Source: Dicyema japonicum
Taxonomy: Eukaryota > Animalia > Dicyemida
Direction of reading: 5' to 3'
Length of the DNA stretch: 64,000 nt
Assembly (NCBI GenBank): GCA_011109175.1
Contig: RDEW01000009.1
Span: 129,237 to 193,236 of the forward strand
Made by a program: the position numbers and the translations under genes. The notes under the pieces are model-generated. The model did no database searches, was not told where the DNA came from, and saw only the letters and a list, made by a program, of their open reading frames with translations. Positions 36,545-48,880 of the stretch are shown in pieces (positions within the stretch are counted from its first letter, which is position 1; each line of letters begins with the position of its first letter).

Positions 36545-37800
36545 NAGACATCCTGACAACTGCACTACGATTGAAAGACACCTAAGAGAGGGAGAGGATC
36601 TGGATAAGGAAGATAATTTTGTTACTTTTTATCAACCCGAATCGCATGTTATTCCATCTCAAAATATCGAGTGAAACTCCCTAGAATAGTCGCGAAGATA
36701 GCTCGAACGCGTGGAAATCAGACCCCCAAGTCGATTCAGAAACTGCATCCAAAAAAAAGATCCTTCTTTTCTCCAGTAGAGAGGTTCCCACAATGGCGGA
36801 TATGGATGAACGTGATGTTTGGAAAGAATGTGTCACACTCGGACAGGGTTACTGCATGAAACCTCTTTAAGGTTTGTCATTATCCCCCAGAGTTTTAACC
36901 AAAAAGAATCCTCGAGCTACCTATCCATAAGTCAAATATGTTGAACAAAATGGGAAGGAGTATCTACAAGAGACTTTAAAGCTGGATTGAGTCAAGAATT
37001 AGTTTGGCTTTTTCTTGAAAAGTCCTGAGACATTGTTTATTCGTCTAAAATCTAAAATAGCAAGGCACGTGGTTTTAAATGTCATCTTGATAGTATGTAG
37101 CATGAAATCCCACTGAAACGGCTTCAGTGAGCGAGTAAACTGAATTGTCTATACGGACTTCTAAGAGATTGTCCTGAAGAAAGAAGTCTCTCAGGAGTCC
37201 GTCTTCAGGTCGCTTCTTTAAACATCTTTATGGGGGACATTCCACAACCGAGNTGAGACATTGTTTATTCGTCTAAAATCTAAAATAGCAAGGCACGTGG
37301 TTTTAAGTGTCATCTTGATAGTATGTATCATGAGATCCTACTGAAACGGCTTCAGTGAGCGAGTAAACTGAATTGTCTATACGGACTTCTAAGAGATTGT
37401 CCTGAAGAAAGAAGTCTCTCAGGAGTCCGTCTTCAGGTCGCTTTTTTAAACATCTTTATGGGGAACATTCCACAACCGAGATAAAGCGATACAAAATTGC
37501 TTATTTATGACCACGATGTTCTCTGTATGTCCAAGGAACCGGAGGTTTAAGAAGGAATCCTTTTGGAATACACGAACTGTGTCAATTGTTGGGGTGGAGT
37601 GAGACGTCTGTCAGAAAACAAACGCTATTCGTATATTTGGTTTGAGAAAACTTCATTAGGATTGTATACTCAAGTGGTGAAGAATGTAAGCCTATTCCGA
37701 CGGAACTTCTATTTTGACACAAAGGCGATTACAGTGAAAATATTGAAGCCAAGAGGAGAATACACTTCTAGGTGATTCTGTATTTTCGAATGCTCAAGAT
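36545..37800 (+). mobile_element. Decayed LINE fragments (36545-36740 repeats 32134-32330)
   Basis: Residual APE/RT-like motifs with many stops. Confidence 0.4.
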
Positions 37801-38642
37801 TCTGCGGGATACTCTCCTCTGTCTTCCAAATATATACGGGTTTGGTATAAGTCTAAAAATTGAGATGATGAATACCATATCTGAAGGAATTAGTGAATGA
37901 ACTAGCATTTCTCGTGGAACTTAAAATGTCGACATTCTAGTAAACCAAAATCAAATGCGGAGATAAAGGGGCTTTCTATCGATGGACATCAAATGGAAAA
38001 AAGAAGCGATGGTGGAAGTGAAACGTTGATTCTACTTTAACACTTTTGAACAAGGAATCCTCGTATCGACGATTCGTTTTTCTGCGTACTTGAGTCTATT
38101 GAAGTTAGTAGTACGGGGATTAATAGTAGAAGCCGGTCTTCAAAAATTTTGAAGCAGAGTTGGGTGCAAAAAATCAACCCGGATGGACGACATCTGAAGT
38201 TCTAATCGGAATCTTATAATTTGAAGTGTTGAAGTCTGAAGACACTTACCATTTTCTGCATACGGCATCGACAAATTAAGAGTTTTCTTAATTTCACCCT
38301 CCGTATGTAGATTGACCAAGAACTTCATGAGGCATTGGAAGCGATCATATTCGCGGGAAATTGCCCCGAACATTTCCAAGATTCGACATGAAACGTCGAA
38401 CTGTGTCTACCGTGGGTTTATGCTTTTAGCCATGAGATTTTTTGAAACCCAAGGACATTAAAAGAGGAAAATAGGAAAATCCGATGCAGACCTACCTAAG
38501 GCATGATGGACTTCTTTAAGAAGATTAATACCTCAATTCAAGTCGATTATCTCACTTATTCTGAGATAAGAATCAGCTACGTGCCAATTATTATTATTAA
38601 CCCAAGGCTTACCATTGTAAGCCCAGCACAAACAGTCATAAC

Positions 38643-39815
38643 TAGGACGATTTTGTCAATAAAGTCAAAAATTGATATTCTTTAAAATTGTTTAAAACTT
38701 GTAAAAATGTAGTTTTTATCAAAAAATGACAAAATTAAAGTTTTTTACGTCAACAAAGTCAAAATTTTTATTGATTTTTATTTTTTAATTTTCTAGTTTT
38801 TAAATAAAATACTAGCTTGACTCATAAAATACAATTATCATGACTCACTGTGATGCCTAGTTCAATCAAAAATGAAATTGAAAAGATTAACTCTGTTGTT
38901 AGAAAATATCCTGATGAATTTTCAATAAATTAACAAGGAAATTTTTTTTGAAATTTATGTGGGATATTTGTAACAGCAAAAATCAATTTTTTTATTGAAT
39001 CACATCCATCGTCAAAGAAGCATATCAAATTATCAGGTTTATTATTTTTATTGCTATTTTACAGATGTCAATACTTTAAACCCCATTAATTCTCTCGTCC
39101 CATCGGCCGACACATGGGCCGATGAAGTCACTAAGGCTTTTGTCGATATTCCCTTGCATGAGTTGAACAGTAAACTCTTACGAGACTTGTTTGAGAGTAT
39201 TCGAGATAATCTCTCTTCCACTACGCTTGCCGAACAAGTGGAGACAGAAATGTGTCAATACACTTTTGGAGGAATTTCTGATCCCAAAAAATATTTTTAA
39301 TATCTGGTCGTCATTGTCTTCTGAGGCTAACTTTTAGAATATCTGTCAGATAATTGAAGATGTTCTAAGTGATTTTGCGATAGATCGACGCTGTAGAATA
39401 CATTCAGAGATTGCATTTCAGAGACGATTTATGTGGAATCAAGAAGTACTGGAATCAAGATTAATTGTCAATCGAGTGCTTTCTATCACAAAAGTGGAAA
39501 AACAACATATTTTTTCATTTGTATACAACTATCTAAAAAAGTGTCTTTCCACATCATTATTTGTTGAGAGAACTTTTTCTTCATTGGAAAAAAGTACTAT
39601 CTAAAGGCCGAAATTTTAAACCCGAAACGTTTTGAAATACACTATTCTGTATTTTAATAAATATTTTTATTAGTTATTCTTTATATTAAAATTTTTTTTT
39701 GTAGATAAATTATCATAAAGTCAAAAAAGGTCAAAATTTTGAAAATTTAAAATCAATAAAATCAATTTTTAGGTCAAAATTTCCGATTTATAAAGTCAAA
39801 ATAAAAATCTCCCTA
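38643..39815 (+). mobile_element. Internally deleted hAT element with CGGBP1-like transposase remnant
   Basis: Termini TAGG...CCCTA, exact 8-bp TSD gtcataac (38635-38642, 39816-39823), subterminal aaagtcaaaa repeats; KYPDEF, KAFVDIPLHEL and VERTFS motifs. Confidence 0.8.
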
Positions 39816-40124
39816 GTCATAACTAACTAATCCAAGGAAAGAACCAAAGGGAGAACATTTGCTTGTGCCGACCAAATCCATCTTCCAATCTTCATTACAG
39901 GCTTCCGCTTTCAAAGAGGTGGTGAAGTAGGTCCGCCTTTTTCCCACGTCCTACCGTCCTGGACATCAGTTCATTCTTTAGCGGAATAGTTTTCATAATG
40001 CAATCTTCATTACAGGATTTGGTCATAGAGAAAGGTTGGAAGATCTCTTTGAACAACTGTGTAGTGGCAGAAGGACTCGTCGCCTCACGGGTGGGATCTA
40101 TTTGATAAGATTTGACCTTCGCTG

Positions 40125-40200
40125 AAAACTACATCTTTCGGATTCGAACCCACGACCTTTAGATCCGATGTCATCAGACATTAACGTTCAGCCAGAAGGC
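40125..40200 (-). mobile_element. tRNA-derived SINE head or tRNA pseudogene
   Basis: Minus strand tggctgaacgttaatgtctgatgacatcggatctaaaggtcgtgggttcgaatcc: B box and T-arm present, acceptor stem not closed. Confidence 0.5.
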
Positions 40201-40619
40201 ATACGTGGCAATTAGAAACGTTCGGTGGATGGGATCGGTGGACAAATCCTTTCCATCGGAGTACATCAATAAAAAAGTTTAATGAATATATTTATAAAAT
40301 ATAATCAATCCTAACGGTTACTTGGTACCCAAGATAAGCTGATGACTTTGACGCGCCATTGCATAGCTCTAGTACACTTGATGTTTTATTCCCTTCAAAG
40401 TGAATTTAACCTTTCGTCCCCCTTTTAATGGACTCAGAGGCATCAGGTGCACAGTTTTTTCAGAATTTTTCACGCACTATCATTTCATCGCTCCTCTATG
40501 CACTAAACCAGCGATTCCAGATTCGTTTAGAGTTCGCACCCCTAAAAAATTAAAAAAAAACAATCTCGCACCCCCTTATTCTAAATCTAACAGAATTCGA
40601 ATTTTATTTAAAAAAATTA

Positions 40620-41270
40620 ATTAGGTTCCTTGAGATTTTTCCTGCTTTTTAGTATCAATTAATTTTTTGAAACGTAGTCTTTTGTTTGCTAGTGCAATTC
40701 TAAGATCGTTTTCAGGGTTAAGAGCATTTCGGTATTATTTTTGTATATAGTAGAGATGAAACTCCAGATTCACATAGCCAAGTTGTTGCCAGCACTTGCA
40801 GTCCTTTTTTCGCAAGGGTCTGAAACCCAACATGAGAGGCAAACTAAAAAACCTCCTAAGATTTCGAGGCGTATATAGATGTACATGCTTGCAGTTAAAA
40901 TCAAATTGATCCTTTAGAGTGCCGGCCACGCATTATGCGTCACCTTAGTAAGATGGATCAAAGGACGCTATCAGAGAGAAGGAGGAAAATTTTTCAACTA
41001 ACTAGCCACATAAAACCACATTATGTAATAAAGTTCATTAATGGTAAGAAATTAAAGGAACTTTTAAAGTCAGGATTGGGTGTAAGCCTACTGAACCGTA
41101 ATATCATGAGGAGGAGGCTTATTGAGCATATTTTGTTCAAATAGTGGGGAAAACGCATTCTGAGAGAGATCACCTTCGACTGATAGAAACCTTTAATAGT
41201 TATTATCTGTTTATATTGTTCATTTACTAAGTAGTCCAGTATGTCTAAAGCCACGTGCATAAACAATTTT
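40620..41270 (-). mobile_element. Buster-type hAT transposase remnant
   Basis: Across frameshifts ATTWLCESGVSSL..YRNALNPENDLRIALANK..FKKLI..KQEKS. Confidence 0.65.
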
Positions 41271-41479
41271 GTAGTATTTCACATGTGTAGTCTTTATCAC
41301 AAACTATAAAAACCACGACTGATATCAATGACAGGAAATTAAATAAACCGCATAATTTGTGATGAACAAAAAGACGATAAATTAAATTTAATTAATGAAA
41401 TATTTTTTTAAATGAGAATAAAAAATATTAATTTATTTTTTGAAGAAATTTAAAACGATCACTTTAAAAGAAAAAATTT

Positions 41480-42760
41480 ACATAATTAATATATACGTCC
41501 CCCACCTGTTAATAACTATGTTATTGACGATTATGAACGACCCATTAAAAAATAAGAAAACTCCCTACAGTGCTACCGGCCAGGAATCTTCCTTGGATGT
41601 CTCTCTTTGCTCACCTCCTTTAAGTGCTAATCTAATCTTACTCAAAATCAGAAATGAAACCTTTGTTCTAAGGAGAATCTCTTGGCACTATAAATTTACC
41701 AACGGGAGTCTCTACAGATCGACACATGACAACCTGCTGTGGAATCTATAACTGAGTGGCATCTCCTCCCTTGACAAAGTGGTGGCCTATATCAACTGGA
41801 CTGTGCTAGAAACAAGGGAGATATCAGTACCGAAATGTTATACTAACCCTTCCAGTTGGCATGTAAGATTCGTCATGTAAAGAAAGAAATCGCTTTTAAA
41901 AGATGAGCCAGCCAACGAAAGAAATAAGACTCAAGGTCCGAATTCTGAACCAAGAGATAAAGGACAGAACTTAAAGTCCAGAGGGCTAAATGGTCCCGAG
42001 TATTTTCAATTTTGAAAAGGAACCGGTCTACAGAAGAAATTTGGTCGGCAATCGGACACATTTCAAGTACCACCGGAAATGTACATAACGATGATTTCAA
42101 CTTGATGATCTAAACAAGCTAGCCAAATTATATTAAAAGAGAACCAAAAAAAGAACCAGAATCAACATTCTTTACCATAAAAAACAAGGAAATGTGCTGA
42201 AACAGACTATAAAGACTCCTTCCTGCGGTCCTGATATGATTCCCATTATTTTACTTAAAAATCTGGGAACAATTGCCGTCCTATCGAGACTGTTCAACAC
42301 ATCAGTCTGCAATGACTTACCTTNAACCAGAATCAACATTCTTTACTATAAAAAACAAGGAAATGTGCTGAAACAGACTATAAAGACTCTCTCCTGCGGT
42401 CCTGATATGATTCCCATTATTTTACTTAAAAATCTGGGAACAATTGCCGTCCTATCGAGACTGTTCAACACATCAGTCTGCAATGACGTACCTTTATTGT
42501 TCAATCTATTTAGGCCGATCTTCCTATTCTAGAAAACGAGAACGAAATGACATTGTTCTGGCCTAACGTGATCGACATATTCAGGTTGCAACGACACGTG
42601 GACCGTATTAATGTTGGCTAAAGGACAATCGCCTATCAATTATCTCGGAGAAATCAGTCACCACATTATTCACTTCCGACAAAATATTGAGCATACAAAC
42701 GGTGGAGCTAAAGGTGGATAATGCCTAAATCCTTTTTGGCAAACACCTGAAAATTCTGGC
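41480..42760 (+). mobile_element. I/Jockey-group LINE remnant
   Basis: IINIYVP, SSLDVSLCSP, SCGPDMIP..LLKNLG. Confidence 0.6.
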
Positions 42761-43584
42761 AGTCAAATTCTACATGCACACGTGTTTTTCACAGCATGTC
42801 TTAAACGTGATATCAAATGTGAGAAGGCAAACGTTTTGAAAAACATTCCTGGTGTAAGGAAAGAGGAAGTCATCAAGTCTTGAACAAATATACATGTAGT
42901 ACGTCGAGCCATGCTTATCATATCNATGCACACGTGTTTTTTACAGCATGTCGAAAACGTGATATCAAATGTGAGAAGGCAAACGTTTTGAAAAACATTC
43001 CTTGTGTAGAGAAAGAGGAAGTCATCAAGTCCTGAACAAATATACATGTAGTACGTTGAGCCATGCTTATCATATCCATGTGCTTCATTGGGCTAATCTC
43101 TTGGACAAATTGCGCGAAAATCGAAAACAGCCAAAAAAGTTCAAAAAATACGAAAAAATGGACTTCTGGAGAGTCTCTGTCTCCAATGCCTCTTGAATTT
43201 TTAATGCGAAAAAACATAGGAACCTTTCGACTACGAGGAACCTGTTGCATACGTCCGATGCTTAATTGGGTGAGTTCGAGGGAGGATCATCGTGTCAAGC
43301 TGAATTTTCTTTTGAAGCATGCTGGGAGCACGTCATTAGTTAATTTGGCATAATTTTGGTCATTGGAATTATTTTCAAAGATTGTTGTGGTTTATAGCGA
43401 CCGAGTTGGATGTCTAAGCCACATGACAACCAGAGGGAGATCGTTGAAGAACATCGAGTGATTGGTAGATCTTGTTGAAAAGTGCAAAATTGCTACAGGA
43501 AATTGTTGTTAATGTTCGTACATCAAAGGGTTTGTTGATTTTAGCAGCTTTGATTTTGCCGACGTCCTTAGTATTCAAAATTAT

Positions 43585-43877
43585 GAATAGCAAAATTATT
43601 TATTCAATAACCTCTGATGTACTGATAAGGGGCTAAAGGATGACGTCTACTGAAGTACAGTGGAACGCGTCAGGTATATCTGCCACAGTGGAAACCCCTT
43701 CACTGGATTAGAATGAGATAGGTCCCTTTTGGACACTCGTCATAAATAAGCAGTTTCCTTTGGCAAATGGATCAACTGAGGAAAGCATAGAGCAGAACGG
43801 AATCCTTCGACCAGGCTGCGTGAGAATCGAACAGCCAATCACGGTTCGAGAGACGGCACTAACTACTATACCACCCG
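43585..43877 (-). mobile_element. tRNA-headed SINE related to family 2
   Basis: Minus strand A-box-like tggtatagtag and B box gttcgattc; body ccagtgaaggggtttccac..gacgtcatcc; tail gaggttattgaataaataa. Confidence 0.6.
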
Positions 43878-43884
43878 TTCCTGC

Positions 43885-44861
43885 NNNNNNNNNNNNNNNN
43901 NNNNNNNNNNNNNNNNNNNNNNNNNNNNNNNNNNNNNNNNNNNNNNNNNNNNNNNNNNNNNNNNNNNNNNNNNNNNNNNNNNNNNNNNNNNNNNNNNNNN
44001 NNNNNNNNNNNNNNNNNNNNNNNNNNNNNNNNNNNNNNNNNNNNNNNNNNNNNNNNNNNNNNNNNNNNNNNNNNNNNNNNNNNNNNNNNNNNNNNNNNNN
44101 NNNNNNNNNNNNNNNNNNNNNNNNNNNNNNNNNNNNNNNNNNNNNNNNNNNNNNNNNNNNNNNNNNNNNNNNNNNNNNNNNNNNNNNNNNNNNNNNNNNN
44201 NNNNNNNNNNNNNNNNNNNNNNNNNNNNNNNNNNNNNNNNNNNNNNNNNNNNNNNNNNNNNNNNNNNNNNNNNNNNNNNNNNNNNNNNNNNNNNNNNNNN
44301 NNNNNNNNNNNNNNNNNNNNNNNNNNNNNNNNNNNNNNNNNNNNNNNNNNNNNNNNNNNNNNNNNNNNNNNNNNNNNNNNNNNNNNNNNNNNNNNNNNNN
44401 NNNNNNNNNNNNNNNNNNNNNNNNNNNNNNNNNNNNNNNNNNNNNNNNNNNNNNNNNNNNNNNNNNNNNNNNNNNNNNNNNNNNNNNNNNNNNNNNNNNN
44501 NNNNNNNNNNNNNNNNNNNNNNNNNNNNNNNNNNNNNNNNNNNNNNNNNNNNNNNNNNNNNNNNNNNNNNNNNNNNNNNNNNNNNNNNNNNNNNNNNNNN
44601 NNNNNNNNNNNNNNNNNNNNNNNNNNNNNNNNNNNNNNNNNNNNNNNNNNNNNNNNNNNNNNNNNNNNNNNNNNNNNNNNNNNNNNNNNNNNNNNNNNNN
44701 NNNNNNNNNNNNNNNNNNNNNNNNNNNNNNNNNNNNNNNNNNNNNNNNNNNNNNNNNNNNNNNNNNNNNNNNNNNNNNNNNNNNNNNNNNNNNNNNNNNN
44801 NNNNNNNNNNNNNNNNNNNNNNNNNNNNNNNNNNNNNNNNNNNNNNNNNNNNNNNNNNNNN
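43885..44861. other. Assembly gap (N run)
   Basis: Continuous n. Confidence 1.
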
Positions 44862-44978
44862 ATAATTATTTTTTGCTTATAAAAAATACAATATTTTTTA
44901 TCGTGAAAAATACCATTTCTCAGATTTTTCATTATTTTGAAGGTAGATTAAAATATTAAGTTGTTTCCTAACGTATTC

Positions 44979-45181
44979 GCCACGTGGCCCATGTGGTGCT
45001 ACGTGGAATGGCGTCATGTGATCCACCTATCTAGGTGGCGCCCAGCGCCAAGCCGTCACGAAAAAAGGATCATTTGCTCTCTCCCACTCGACTAGAGTGG
45101 TTTCCACAACTGCAAGTAATGGACGTCTTTTACCCTTTATGCTGATTCCGAATGGACTTTGTTTCTGTAAAAATGGAAACT
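44979..45181 (+). mobile_element. SINE-like family 2 copy, 3' end interrupted
   Basis: Same gccacgtggc start as 356; lacks the pyrimidine-rich segment at ~389-440. Confidence 0.75.
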
Positions 45182-45183
45182 AT

Positions 45184-45580
45184 GTTATGTTATCCTGTTA
45201 AGTCGTGTCCGACCCTTGGAGATCTCATGAACAAGTTTCCTCCACTCTCCCCGATCCGTCGCAATTTGGAGTAGCCTTGATGTAGACATTCCCGTGACGT
45301 CTTCCACCCAGTCCTCGGCGATTATTCAATAACCTTTCGTTAAGACGGTCCAGATTTTGTTGCAATCTCAAGCAATCTGGATGTCCCGATCAAGAGACAA
45401 AATGACAATGTCGTCGGCATAAGTCAGGTGAATATCATTTTCGACTTCCGTTGTGGGGAGATCAGCCATGGATTGATTGAATAGTAATGAATACAAAGGA
45501 GATCCTTGCGGAACACCATTCGAAAGAATCAGATCTTGACTGTTCATGCAGACGCTTTACCTCAGACCGCTAAGGAAGTT
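45184..45580 (-). mobile_element. RTE/BovB-like 3' end plus adjacent RT fragment
   Basis: ATDRGEWRKLVHEISKGRTRL with (taaca)n tail; next to it GVPQGS..LLFN..LTYADDIVI. Confidence 0.75.
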
Positions 45581-47541
45581 AAAACTTTATAAAATCTTAT
45601 TAATAAAAATTGTTAGTTTATTAACGATAAAAATTATTTTAATGTTCAAATAAATATGTCCTAAAACGTGATGTTTTTCCGCTTCATAAGTATATTATAC
45701 GATGATGTTATATTCACTCTGATTGATGATGTCATTAATCAAGCCGTTCAAATCTGATTATATTAGTCGATACATCGACATTCATGCATATATGGCATGT
45801 TCATTGCATGGGTAATGGACAATCTGATATATGCAACACTAATTCTTGCTTGCAACTCACAAGTGTTTATATTTGTGATACTTAGCAGGATACATTGAAT
45901 TTTTACTGTTATTGAAGTTTCCCACGTGGTCATAAATTATGTTGGAGTGATTAATCCGCTTTCATGTGTGGAAAGTAATTCGAAACGTTGTAAAAGACAA
46001 GGATTTTTGCCTGAGAAAGTTTACGTTTAATGAGACGTGAATACTGGATAATATTATAAAAAATCTCGTACAATGAGCACAGGAAGTCGGATACAGCTCT
46101 TTTACCGCGCAGAAAACCGAATAAGCTTAAGATGCGTCCTACGTCTCAAAAGAGGATGTGAAGGGTACACCACTTGTCACAAGAACGACAACTCTTGCTA
46201 TTGTGATACCGTTAATTTGGGAACAGGCACATATTCGGCCAGTACTGAATCCTGGAAGACCAAAAGATGACCCAGCATCATTTAGATTTGCGTCCCTCTA
46301 CTTTGTTCAATGGTAAAAATTCTGGAGATCTCTGTGCTTGCGAGAATATAGGAGTTCCTACCAGATATGCCTTTTCAGCATGGACTCAAAACGTCTACCA
46401 ACTTACAAATATTGGCCAACTTCATTCGGGATGGATTTTCAAATAAGCCGAGACATTTGAATGCGATGCTTTACTAATTGATATCCACAAGGCGTTCGAA
46501 TCCGTTTCAAGGAAGATATCGAGGAAAATCTTTAAATCGGAGATACTTAAAAAATTCAAACTTCGGATCACAAATTTCCTGTATGCCTCGTAGGTCTGAA
46601 ATCCGTCTCACGTCTCCTCTCTAATGTAGTCCCACTTGATCTCCCTTATCCCATTTAACCTTTTTCTGGCCGATCTCCTGACTCCTGAATCCGATGATGT
46701 TTGTATGCAGATGATATGGATTTGGCTTCACGTTATCCTGACATTCAGAAGGAAAGAGACAGAATTCAAAATAACCTGGACCGACTTAGCGCTTGGCCAA
46801 TTGAGAACGTTGTCAATCACGATTATTTTTACCTCGGACCTAGTGTATATTTGAAGGCAAAACAGTTAAGGAAATAACGGACATCACGGAAATCAAGAGC
46901 TACCACACCTTTTTCAACTGGTCAAACTTTGTACGCAGAGGATCTCTGATTTTAAAAACTCAAGAGATGAGATGAGAGTACATGACAAAAAATTATTATT
47001 TTTATGGGGGTACTATTGTTGCTTAGAAGGAGAAAAGTGAACCAGTTCCCCAGATTGGATATCATTATTTTCCTACTTTCACGGTAAATCATTTGTGGAA
47101 ACCTTTTTTGAAGCCAGATCGCTGAGGGCGACACACTCACTTGAAGACGCATCAAGGAAGGCGGAGTTCGGGAAAATCTACTAATTACTCAGGGAAAGCT
47201 ACCAATTCATGCTTATTTCGATGGAGATTTCGGAGTCGTGGAAAAGAAGATGGACGCCTTTCTCTCCAGTATGAGACGAATTCATGCTTTGNTTGTGGAA
47301 ACCTTTTTTGAAGCCAGATCGCTGAGGGCGACACACTCACTTGAAGACGCATCAAGCAAGGCGGAGTTCGGGAAAATCTACAAATTACTCAGGGAAAGCT
47401 ACCAATTCATGCTTATTTCGATGGAGATTTCGGAGTCGTGGAAAAGAAGATGGAAGCCTTTCTCTCCAGTATGAGACGAACCCATGTTTTGAAAAAATGC
47501 GAATTTAGCGAAGGACTCTAGTTGAGCAAGAGAATCGAAAT

Positions 47542-47921
47542 NNNNNNNNNNNNNNNNNNNNNNNNNNNNNNNNNNNNNNNNNNNNNNNNNNNNNNNNNNN
47601 NNNNNNNNNNNNNNNNNNNNNNNNNNNNNNNNNNNNNNNNNNNNNNNNNNNNNNNNNNNNNNNNNNNNNNNNNNNNNNNNNNNNNNNNNNNNNNNNNNNN
47701 NNNNNNNNNNNNNNNNNNNNNNNNNNNNNNNNNNNNNNNNNNNNNNNNNNNNNNNNNNNNNNNNNNNNNNNNNNNNNNNNNNNNNNNNNNNNNNNNNNNN
47801 NNNNNNNNNNNNNNNNNNNNNNNNNNNNNNNNNNNNNNNNNNNNNNNNNNNNNNNNNNNNNNNNNNNNNNNNNNNNNNNNNNNNNNNNNNNNNNNNNNNN
47901 NNNNNNNNNNNNNNNNNNNNN
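47542..47921. other. Assembly gap (N run)
   Basis: Continuous n. Confidence 1.
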
Positions 47922-48880
47922 TCTTGAAGAGTGGCTTGGAGAAAACCACCTATCCCCCTCACCATAGAAATACATCATCACTGTATTCACGTCCAACTCT
48001 CGCCAACTAAATTTTCAACCCCGTTACGAAACATCCCAAATTCTTGGAGTTATTTATGACCAACTACTAGCTTTCTTAAATACGTTGAGGAACAATGTAC
48101 AAAAGCCTCTCGCAAGATCAACATACTTAAAGCTGTGTCAGGCCATTCTTCAGGCCAAAGCAAAGAAGCCCTAATCATCATAAATAAACAAGTCATTCGA
48201 ACAGTTATTAACTATGCAAGTCCTTGCTGGTCAACCTCTGCCTCTCTTACTTCTATTGACAAAACACAAAAAGTACAAAACAAGACAATTACTGGATGTC
48301 TCAGATCAACTCCTGTTGATCATCTACATTGGGAATCAAAGATCCTCCCAATTGGAGACCATCTGGAAATAAGAGCCCTGCAGTTCCTCTCCCAAGCCTA
48401 CAGCCTAGACATCCCTGCCACTCCCTATGCAAACCGCAAAACAAAAGAAAAATTATTATGACAACCAGTGACCTATCTCGAATGTTATCATCAATCCCTT
48501 CCATTCCCAGTGACAGGAGTCGTCTGAAACAGATACACGATTTTGTTTCTACGAGAAGCATCCGAAGACTCGGAGACAATAAAATACTACAGCGACCCCC
48601 TCCTCCAATAGACCAATCAGAATCCTCTCTTCCGAGGGACGTCCGAGTAAACCTGGCTCGTCTACGATGTGGGCACCACCCATATCTACCAACATACGAT
48701 GTCTTCTGTCCCTTTTTCAACTTCCACGTGTTAGCAACAAAGCATCTATTTGAATGTGCACAACGTTCCTCTACAATACCGGGACTGACCGATCTATGAG
48801 AGCGACCAACATCTGCTGCGTCCTACTTAATAGCTGCTGGCCTCCTACAAGTTAGTGAAGCTGGGGTTACTTAACTAACT
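47922..48880 (+). mobile_element. I-group LINE 3' part (post-RT region and CCHC finger)
   Basis: INYASPCW, ITGC..STPVDHLH.E, LPRDVRVNLARLRCGH, CP..H..HLFEC; tail ggggttacttaactaact. Confidence 0.85.

Noticed and set aside
42770-43330. MULE-like transposase remnant
   Set aside because: Only a vague motif resemblance across several frameshifts and an N join; not supportable by eye.
25660-47480. Local direct duplications of ~150-300 bp around single n bases (25882, 35306, 36200, 37253, 42324, 42925, 47292; also a join at 36545)
   Set aside because: Each pair is centred on one N, the signature of overlapping contig ends or alleles joined by a scaffolder, not biological tandem repeats.
43760-48010. 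Long ORFs of 143-399 aa in the ORF track
   Set aside because: They are runs of X spanning N gaps.
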